Shown here: positions 57,454 to 64,000 of the stretch, one piece after another | Layout of the letters: the number at the start of each line of letters is the position of its first letter | Position numbering within the stretch: the first letter of the stretch is position 1 | NCBI GenBank assembly: GCA_020850315.1 | Contig: JADZEY010000089.1 | Span: 1,022-65,021, forward strand | Source: Armatimonadota bacterium | GTDB lineage: Bacteria; Bacteroidota; Ignavibacteria; OLB7 | Direction of reading: 5' to 3' | Length of the DNA: 64,000 nucleotides | Program-made: the position numbers and the translations under genes | Notes under the pieces: generated by a model | What the model was told of the DNA's origin: nothing | The model's database searches: none | What the model saw: the letters and a program-made list of their open reading frames with translations, nothing else

Positions 57454-58224
57454 TTAAAAACGGAGCTGGGGCTGTGGGGCGGATGCCGGATCGGCAATGC
57501 GAAGCAATGATCCATCGAAGCTGGGGACGGGGGCGGCACTCACGTTCAGTTGGGCGCAGAACCGAACGTCGTCGGCAAAGCCAAGTTTGGCAAGGTGCGC
57601 GCCGTGGTCGCTTTGTAGCAACGCTTCGCTTACATCACGTTCGGCTTGTTGGAACAGCTGCAATGCTGCGTTTGCGCTATCCAGAATGGTGAGGTTGTCG
57701 CCCGCAATGTCCCGCAGTTCGCGCACGATTGCCCCGGCACCGATAGCGTCATCCATCGAAAATTGCCCGTAGCTTCCGGCACACAGCAGAACCACCCGTT
57801 GGTCATCCCCGGCAGCGGCAACCCTTTGGGCAACATTGCGTGCGTTCATCAGCGCTCCGCACAGCACCATCTGCGCGCCGTGGGTTTGCTGGAAGGCGCG
57901 GGTTCCGTTGGTTGTGGTCATCACCACAGTTTTCCCAGAAACGGTTTCGGCATTGCAGGAAGCGGGAGAATTGCCAAGTTGGAACCCGGGAATCGGAACC
58001 GAGTTCCGCTCGCCAGCAAGCACCGTTCGGTCGCTTCCAATCCGGTGGGCGATTGCAACAGCACTTTCAACGGAGTCCGTCGGGATTACTTCGCGTGCGC
58101 CGGACATCAGCGCGGCAACAATGGTGCTGCTGGCACGCAGCACGTCAATCACCACGGCGGTCGCGTTGCGCAAATCCGTGCCGGAGGCAAACGCCGATGG
58201 AGTGAATCGAACGTCAAGGATCAT
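57454..58224 (-). CDS. comB: 2-phosphosulfolactate phosphatase (ComB) family protein
   Basis: The ComB-family pattern is present: VVIDVLRASSTIVAAL...TTTNGTRA...LLCAGSYG. Confidence 0.72.
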   Translation of the reverse strand: MILDVRFTPSAFASGTDLRNATAVVIDVLRASSTIVAALMSGAREVIPTDSVESAVAIAHRIGSDRTVLAGERNSVPIPGFQLGNSPASCNAETVSGKTVVMTTTNGTRAFQQTHGAQMVLCGALMNARNVAQRVAAAGDDQRVVLLCAGSYGQFSMDDAIGAGAIVRELRDIAGDNLTILDSANAALQLFQQAERDVSEALLQSDHGAHLAKLGFADDVRFCAQLNVSAAPVPSFDGSLLRIADPASAPQPQLRF

Positions 58225-58304
58225 GGGTTCACAGAGCAGTTCGGGTGGTTGGAATGTTCAGCAAAGGCAATATGCTGCCGCGTGATGACCAGAACAACAA
58301 GAAT

Positions 58305-58380
58305 AATCTTGAAGTTGTCAAGCGAAAATCTTCAAGTAAACATTCACTTGAAGTGAGTAATGTTCACCTTGAAGTGGATA
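58305..58380. promoter_or_regulatory. Cluster of four CTTGAAG-core repeats including a perfect 13-bp palindrome, in a divergent promoter
   Basis: The motifs are TCTTGAAGT (58308-58316), TCTTCAAGT (58329-58337), the perfect palindrome TCACTTGAAGTGA (58345-58357), and CACCTTGAAGTGG (58366-58378). They lie in the 245-bp AT-rich gap between comB (minus) and the CN-hydrolase gene (plus). Confidence 0.5.
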
Positions 58381-58469
58381 TTAGGCGTGAGTATGAGCAT
58401 CGCTTGAGATTGAAAATTTGGCCATAGTGATTTTTTTACGGCGATATCCACAATAAACCTTCCCAAACC

Positions 58470-59369
58470 ATGCGCCAAGTTCGTGTTGGAACTGTCTCCT
58501 TTCTTTTGGAAGATTCGCCACACACCATCGGGTTCAACCTGCAGCGTGCGGAAACCTACATTCGGCAGGGGGCCGAGCGGGGGTGTGATGTTGTTTGTTT
58601 GCCGGAGATGTTCCGCACTCTGAAGGTGAACGATCGGGAGACCGAGCCGGAGGAGGCCGGTGGGGAAACCGCGCAGCTGCTATCGGGGCTTGCTGCCGAG
58701 CTGCGGATGAACATCATCGGGACGTGGTACGTGGGCGATGGCGGGAAAACCTACAACCAAGCAACCGTGTTCGACCGCAGCGGCGGGGTGGCGGGATACT
58801 ACCGTAAGGCGCAGCCAACCGGCGGCGAGATGCTTGCCGGGGTGACAGCCGGAAGCCAGTTCCCGGTGATTCAGTTAGATATTGGCAAGGTGGCGGTGAT
58901 GATTTGCATGGACATCTACTTCCCGGAAATCCCCCGCATCTACGCCCACAAAGGGGCCGAAATTCTTTTTTGGCCAACTGTCAGTTTGGGACCCACGCAG
59001 GAAGGCTTGCTTGCGCAAATGGCTTCGCGCGCGATTGACAATGCGTTGTGGGTTGTGGAATCCAATCTTGCAAACCACCCGCCCTATGCCCCGTACTCCG
59101 GTCGGTTCCGCCCGGGAACGGCGCGTATCATGGACTTCAACGGCGATGTGATTGCCTGGACCGGACGGCGCGGCGGGCTGGCTGTTGCCGACATTGACCT
59201 TGACGAACAGCGGCTAACTTCCTGGACGGTGTTGCTTCGCGAGCCGGATTGTTTCCGCGAAGACCTTCAATCCATCACCCGGCTTGGCTTGTTTGCCAAA
59301 GAATATGCCGCCATTGCCGAACGGCAAAGCCAATCGGAGCAGTATTTTGAGCAGGCAGATTCCGACTAA
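58470..59369 (+). CDS. Carbon-nitrogen hydrolase (nitrilase superfamily)
   Basis: The catalytic triad context is present: CLPEM (Glu), YRKA (Lys), and MICMD with the Cys nucleophile. Confidence 0.8.
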   Translation: MRQVRVGTVSFLLEDSPHTIGFNLQRAETYIRQGAERGCDVVCLPEMFRTLKVNDRETEPEEAGGETAQLLSGLAAELRMNIIGTWYVGDGGKTYNQATVFDRSGGVAGYYRKAQPTGGEMLAGVTAGSQFPVIQLDIGKVAVMICMDIYFPEIPRIYAHKGAEILFWPTVSLGPTQEGLLAQMASRAIDNALWVVESNLANHPPYAPYSGRFRPGTARIMDFNGDVIAWTGRRGGLAVADIDLDEQRLTSWTVLLREPDCFREDLQSITRLGLFAKEYAAIAERQSQSEQYFEQADSD

Positions 59370-59402
59370 GCGATGCCAACAGAACAGCGAAGAACACAAA
59401 CC

Positions 59403-60677
59403 ATGAGCTTCAACAAATCTCTCCTTCTACTTCTTTCACTTTTTGCCATTGCATGCGGTGGCGGTTCGGCGGAGCAATCGTCCGATGGCAAAACCACCCT
59501 TCGCGTTGCCCATTTCTGGGGCGACCAGCAGGAGTTGTGGAAGGAGGTGATTGCCGAGTTTGAGAAGGCCAACCCGAACATCCGTGTGGAGCAGCAAGTG
59601 GTGAGCTTCACCGTCCACAAGGATAAGGTGCTGGCCGCCGCCGCCGCCGATGTTGATGCTGGCGACCTGATTCTGCTGGAAGATTGGTTCGCCCAGGAAC
59701 TTCTTGACCGCGAGTATCTGGCTGATCTTCAACCCTTTGTTGACCGCGACCTAACGCCGGATCAGATCTTCCCAATCTCGCTGGAATCCTTCCGGCGCGG
59801 GAAATCGCTGCGGGCGTTTCCGGTGGCGATGGGGAGCTATCCGCTGTTGTACAACAAGGATTTGTTCGATGCCGCCGGGCTGCGCTATCCCGATTCCACC
59901 TGGACCTACGACACACTGCTTGCTGCGGCCCAGAAACTGACGGTGGATAAGGATGGCGACGGCAAGCCGGAGCAGTGGGGATTTCTGCTTGATAACAGCG
60001 GCGGGTTCGATGGCCTGCTCTACTCACTTGGCGGCGGTGTGCTGACCCCGGACTTGCAGCGAAGCGCGTTCAACGAACCCAGCACCGTCCGGGCGTTGCA
60101 GTTTTGGGTTGATCTGGTGCAGAAGTACAAGGTGAGTCCATCGTATGCTTCGATTCGTGGCGGGGCAAGCTCCGGCGGGTCGTTGCGTCCGTTCGAGACT
60201 GGGCGGTTTGCCATGGCGATGCTTGGTTCGATGCTGACCACCTACAAGAACAACCAATTCCGGTGGGACATCGCGCTTCCGCCAAGCGGCCCCGCCGGGC
60301 GGAAAGCACTTCGGTTTGCCGCAGCATTTGGCATCCCCAAAAACAGCAAGAATGTGGATGCTGCATGGACCTTTTTGCGGTGGATCATCAAGGATATGCC
60401 GGCAAAGTATTCCGACCGATTGTTCTACGGGCTTGTTCCGAACAGCCGCCGGTTGGCACTATCGCCGGAGTATCTGAACGGCCAGCCGAAGGTGAACCGC
60501 CAAGTAGTTATTGATATGATCCAGAACTACAGCATCAGCACATGGCGCGCGCGGTGGATAGAGTTCCGCGACAACGGGTTCATGCCGGAGCTTGACCTGA
60601 TGGTCAACGGCGAGAAAACCGTGCAGCAAGCCGCCGCCGATGCCGACCGAAAAATCAACGAAGTCTTGAGCCGCTGA
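59403..60677 (+). CDS. ABC transporter substrate-binding lipoprotein, carbohydrate family (SBP_bac_1)
   Basis: It has a lipoprotein signal (MSFNKSLLLLLSLFAIACGG) and the family-1 SBP fold. Two permease genes follow. Confidence 0.8.
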   Translation: MSFNKSLLLLLSLFAIACGGGSAEQSSDGKTTLRVAHFWGDQQELWKEVIAEFEKANPNIRVEQQVVSFTVHKDKVLAAAAADVDAGDLILLEDWFAQELLDREYLADLQPFVDRDLTPDQIFPISLESFRRGKSLRAFPVAMGSYPLLYNKDLFDAAGLRYPDSTWTYDTLLAAAQKLTVDKDGDGKPEQWGFLLDNSGGFDGLLYSLGGGVLTPDLQRSAFNEPSTVRALQFWVDLVQKYKVSPSYASIRGGASSGGSLRPFETGRFAMAMLGSMLTTYKNNQFRWDIALPPSGPAGRKALRFAAAFGIPKNSKNVDAAWTFLRWIIKDMPAKYSDRLFYGLVPNSRRLALSPEYLNGQPKVNRQVVIDMIQNYSISTWRARWIEFRDNGFMPELDLMVNGEKTVQQAAADADRKINEVLSR

Positions 60678-60681
60678 TCCC

Positions 60682-61587
60682 GTGAACTCCAAGCACACCA
60701 TTCCCCCATACGAACGTTCCGGTTTCCGCTGGGCGCAACCCTATCTGTACCTGCTTCCGGTGCTGGTTGGCGTGGTGGTGGTAACGGGGGGGGCAATCGT
60801 GGCATCGTTCCTGTTGGGCTTCACCGATTGGGATTTGGTGCGGCCACCGGTGTGGGTTGGGGCCGCCAATTTCCAGGCGATGTTCCGCTCGGAGCAGTTC
60901 TACCAGGTGCTTGGGAACACTTTCTACTTTGTGGCGATCACGGCCCCGCTGATGGTTGTCTGCTCGCTTGGGTTGGCACTGTTGGTCAATCAGAAATTGC
61001 GTGGGGCCACCTTCTTCCGCACTATCTATTTTTTCCCGGTTGTCACCTCCATGATTGCTGTTGCGGTGGTGTGGGGTTGGCTGTACAATCCTGAGTTCGG
61101 GCTTATCAATTATCTGCTGCGTGAATGGTTCGGGGTTGAAGGGCCGGGGTGGCTGTTAAGCACGTCGTGGGCGTTGCCGGCAATCGCGGTGATGACCGTC
61201 TGGAAGGGGGTGGGCTACAACATGCTGATCTTCCTTGCCGGGCTGCAATCCATCCCCGAACACCTGCACGAGTCGGCGTTGATTGATGGAGCCGGTGCGG
61301 CACGGCGGTTGTTCAGCATCACCCTTCCGATGCTGTCGCCAACAACGTTTTTTGTGGTGGTGATAACGCTGATTGGCTCGTTCCAATTATTCGAGCAGAC
61401 CTACACGCTAACGCAGGGTGGGCCGGCCAATAGCACCTTGACGCTGAGTTATCACATCTACCAAAATGCCTTCCAGTATTTCCGCATGGGCTACGCCACG
61501 GCAATGGCCTACGTGCTGTTTGTCGTCACCCTTTGCGTGACAGTGTTCCAATTCAGAATGCAGCGGCGGTGGGTGCAGTATGGATAA
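60682..61587 (+). CDS. Sugar ABC transporter permease (MalF/UgpA-like)
   Basis: It has six TM helices and the EAA-loop motif (ESALIDGAGAARRLFSITLPML). Confidence 0.85.
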   Translation: MNSKHTIPPYERSGFRWAQPYLYLLPVLVGVVVVTGGAIVASFLLGFTDWDLVRPPVWVGAANFQAMFRSEQFYQVLGNTFYFVAITAPLMVVCSLGLALLVNQKLRGATFFRTIYFFPVVTSMIAVAVVWGWLYNPEFGLINYLLREWFGVEGPGWLLSTSWALPAIAVMTVWKGVGYNMLIFLAGLQSIPEHLHESALIDGAGAARRLFSITLPMLSPTTFFVVVITLIGSFQLFEQTYTLTQGGPANSTLTLSYHIYQNAFQYFRMGYATAMAYVLFVVTLCVTVFQFRMQRRWVQYG

Positions 61588-61660
61588 CAAGGGCCATGCG
61601 TTCTTCGCGATGCCCTCTGTGGTTCACTCTCATCTGGAATGATTTACCCGTACAACATCC

Positions 61661-62494
61661 ATGACCAACCGAATAGTATCGCCGTTGCTCTATCTGCTGC
61701 TGCTTGGCATCGGGGTGGTGATGATTGGGCCGTTTTTGTGGATGGTCGTCACCTCGCTCTCATCCCCCGCCGATCTTTACCACTATCCGCCGCAGCTGCC
61801 CGGTGCGTGGCATCCTGAGAACTACTCGGAGGTTTTCAGCCGCTTCCCGTTCGGCACATTTACCTTCAACAGCGTGAAGATTGCGGTGCTGGCATCGTTG
61901 GGGACGGTGGTGAGCGCGTCGCTGGCCGGCTATGCGTTTGCGCGGATGGAGTTCCGTGGGAAGAATGTGCTGTATTGGGTTATCCTTGCAACCATGATGG
62001 TTCCGTTCCAGGTGACGATGATTCCGGTGTTCTTCGTCATCAAAACGCTGGGGCTGATTGATACCCACGCCGCGCTGATTCTTCCGGCATGGTTTGGGTT
62101 TGGGATGGGGGCGTTTGGGGTGTTTCTGCTTCGCCAGTTTTTTGCAACCATCCCAAAGGAGCTTGAGGAAGCCGCAGTGATTGATGGTGCCGGACGCTTC
62201 CGCATCTACTGGCAGGTGATGCTGCCGCTTGCGCGCCCGGCGTTGGCAACCCTTGCCGTGCTTGCGTTCATGGCCAACTGGAACGATCTGTTGGGGCCGG
62301 TGATCTACCTTTCCAGCACCGAAAAGATGACCCTGACGGTTGGCCTTGCCGCGCTGCAAGGGGGCGAGCTTACCGCACGCATTGACCTTGTGATGGCCGG
62401 CGCAGTGGTCAGCATCATCCCAATCCTGCTGCTGTTTGTGGCCGCACAAAAATTCTTCGTAAAAGGAATTGGAGCAGGGGGGGTGAAAGGGTGA
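61661..62494 (+). CDS. Sugar ABC transporter permease (MalG/UgpE-like)
   Basis: It has six TM helices and the EAA loop (EAAVIDGAGRFRIYWQVMLPLARPAL). Confidence 0.85.
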   Translation: MTNRIVSPLLYLLLLGIGVVMIGPFLWMVVTSLSSPADLYHYPPQLPGAWHPENYSEVFSRFPFGTFTFNSVKIAVLASLGTVVSASLAGYAFARMEFRGKNVLYWVILATMMVPFQVTMIPVFFVIKTLGLIDTHAALILPAWFGFGMGAFGVFLLRQFFATIPKELEEAAVIDGAGRFRIYWQVMLPLARPALATLAVLAFMANWNDLLGPVIYLSSTEKMTLTVGLAALQGGELTARIDLVMAGAVVSIIPILLLFVAAQKFFVKGIGAGGVKG

Positions 62495-62720
62495 GGGGAA
62501 TGGAGAATAGTGAATAGTGAATGGAGAATGGAAACCGCAGTCCACCTTCCTCCCAAACTTGGGAGGAACGATCTGCTGCTTGCAGCACGATCAAGGAGGG
62601 CGCGAAGGAGTGAAGAATGGAGAATGAAGCATAGCCTCTTCGCCACTGACAACTGACCGTCGAATGGAGAGTGTCGAATGACTAATGACCAAGGACTAAT
62701 GACCAATCACCAATCCCCCC
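62495..62720. repeat. Intergenic heptanucleotide tandem repeats plus small hairpins (STRR-like element), copy 1
   Basis: The 7-bp units are GAATAGT x2, GAATGGA xN, and GACTAAT/GACCAAT. A perfect hairpin TCCTCCCA-aac-TTGGGAGGA lies at 62548-62567. A ~35-bp core, GAATGGAGAATGAAGCATAGCCTCTTCGCCACTGAC, is shared with the copy at 63757-63808. Confidence 0.75.
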
Positions 62721-62752
62721 TTATGCTTACCGAACCCGAACTTGACCAGCAC

Positions 62753-63739
62753 ATGACCCAACCAACCTCTGCGCTGGTTGAGTTTATCGCTTCTGTACGC
62801 TCGCCGCTGCTGGTGCTGGGGGGGAGCGGGAAGATGGGGCCTTCGTTGGCGGCAATGGCCAAGCGTGCGGCGGGGCTGGCTGGGGTTGATCTGCGGGTGA
62901 TTGCTGTGGCACGGTTCACCGATCAATCGGCACGGCGGTGGCTGGAAGAGCGTGGGGTGGAAACGCTTGGCTGCGATTTGCTGGACCCCGCCCAAGTTGC
63001 CGCCTTGCCCGATGCCGACGACATCATCTACATGGCCGGGCGGAAGTTCGGAACCACTGGCAACCCAGCACTGACCTGGGCCATGAACGTCCTTCCCCCC
63101 GAATACGTTTGCCGCCGATTCCCCAACGCGCGGGTTGTGGCCTTGTCAACCGGATGTGTCTATCCGCTTGTCCCGGTTGGGCAGGGGGGATCGCGCGAAG
63201 GGGATCAACTAACGCCTGCTGGCGAGTACAGCAATGCTTGTGTGGCGCGCGAAAGGGTCTTTGAGTATCTATCGGGCACGCTTGGCACGCGGGTTTGCTT
63301 GATCCGGCTGAACTACGCTTTGGATCTGCGCTACGGTGTCCTTGTGGATATTGCGTTGAAGGTGCTGAACGGTGCGCCCATTGATCTGACCGTTGGCTAC
63401 CTGAACGCAATGTGGCAGCGTGACGCAAACGAGATGATCCTCCGCGCATTGCCCCTTGCCGAATCGCCAGCCGTTCCGCTGAACCTGACCGGCCCAGAAA
63501 CCCTTTCGGTGCGGGAGCTTGCAGTGCAGTTTGGAGCATTGTTCGGGCGCGAACCAATCTTTGCCGGAACCGAATCCCCGCTTGCCTTGCTGAACGATTC
63601 CACCAAGGCCCACGAAGTGCTTGGATTGCCAGAAACCTCCATCCAGCAAGTGATCCGCTGGACAGCCAGCTGGCTGCAACACCACGGCCGAGTGCTGGGC
63701 AAGCCAACCCATTACGAAGTAGCCGATGGAAACTATTGA
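62753..63739 (+). CDS. NAD-dependent epimerase/dehydratase family protein
   Basis: The start was trimmed to MTQPTSALVEF. It has the Rossmann motif LVLGGSGKMG and an SDR-extended-like fold, with a catalytic YxxxK-like region (YSNACVARE). Confidence 0.65.
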   Translation: MTQPTSALVEFIASVRSPLLVLGGSGKMGPSLAAMAKRAAGLAGVDLRVIAVARFTDQSARRWLEERGVETLGCDLLDPAQVAALPDADDIIYMAGRKFGTTGNPALTWAMNVLPPEYVCRRFPNARVVALSTGCVYPLVPVGQGGSREGDQLTPAGEYSNACVARERVFEYLSGTLGTRVCLIRLNYALDLRYGVLVDIALKVLNGAPIDLTVGYLNAMWQRDANEMILRALPLAESPAVPLNLTGPETLSVRELAVQFGALFGREPIFAGTESPLALLNDSTKAHEVLGLPETSIQQVIRWTASWLQHHGRVLGKPTHYEVADGNY

Positions 63740-63860
63740 AGAGAATGGAGAATGGAGAATGAAGAATGGAAAATGGAAAATGGAGCATAGCCTCTTTGCC
63801 ACTGACCACTGACCACTGACCACTGACCACTGACCACCGACCACCGACTACCGACTGTTT
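63740..63860. repeat. Intergenic heptanucleotide tandem repeats (STRR-like element), copy 2
   Basis: GAATGGA and AAATGGA units appear about 6 times, followed by the GCATAGCCTCTTTGCCACTGAC core. CACTGAC then repeats 5 times and decays to CACCGAC x2 and TACCGAC. Confidence 0.8.
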
Positions 63861-64000
63861 CCAACACCCTTGTTCTCTGCCTACTTCAACTCACGGCTAC
63901 CTGCTATCTTGCCGCCACAACAGTATTCGCCAATGGCAACAATCCTCTACTTCGGTTGGGCGCGCCAGTGCGCCGGTGCCGATACCGACGAACTTCGGTT

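Noticed and set aside
61760-63844. Minus-strand ORFs 61760..62545, 62305..62706, 63024..63830 and 63269..63844, with peptides such as SPFSILHSPF and GQWSVVSGQWSV
   Set aside because: They result from reading through the heptanucleotide tandem repeats, and they run antisense to well-supported ABC permease and epimerase genes.

Overview
This is a GC-rich (~60%) bacterial chromosomal segment with dense, mostly housekeeping coding. C-terminal Por/T9SS sorting domains on two secreted proteins and the rplM-rpsI-rpsB-tsf arrangement point to the FCB group. Clear Shine-Dalgarno sites argue against Bacteroidia, leaving a Chlorobi/Ignavibacteria/Rhodothermaeota-like lineage as the best guess. The main recognisable genes are tilS-hpt-ftsH, the L13/S9/S2/EF-Ts ribosomal cluster, eda, a Crp/Fnr regulator, glnA with an Lrp regulator, purB-pabB-pabA-pabC, suhB, bshA, a BamA/TamA-like outer-membrane protein, etfBA, ruvB, nadC, purF, ftsK, a ComB-like phosphatase, a nitrilase-family hydrolase and a sugar ABC importer. 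No rRNA, tRNA, CRISPR array, transposase or integrase was seen. The stand-out loci are: (1) a Por/T9SS-targeted multihaem cytochrome c sitting directly upstream of an atypical System-I cytochrome maturation cluster; that cluster has ccmB, a domain-inserted ccmC, a ccmD-like gene, a Cys-type ccmE plus a second His-rich ccmE paralogue, ccmF and a co-transcribed Fur-family regulator, with no ccmA, ccmG or ccmH. (2) tilS carries a ~390-aa Gln/Pro-rich tandem-repeat and Lys/Ala-rich C-terminal extension, encoded by near-identical 117-123-bp DNA repeats. (3) A ~1100-aa STAND/AAA_16 ATPase has a C-terminal SARP (winged-helix plus BTAD) output, the reverse of the AfsR domain order, and lies next to a TPR-LuxR regulator. 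(4) Heptanucleotide tandem repeats (STRR-like) form related direct-repeat elements on both sides of an epimerase gene. (5) A cluster of CTTGAAG-core palindromes lies in a divergent promoter. Start codons for several long ORFs in the ORF track were trimmed to internal Met residues that match the conserved N-termini of their families.
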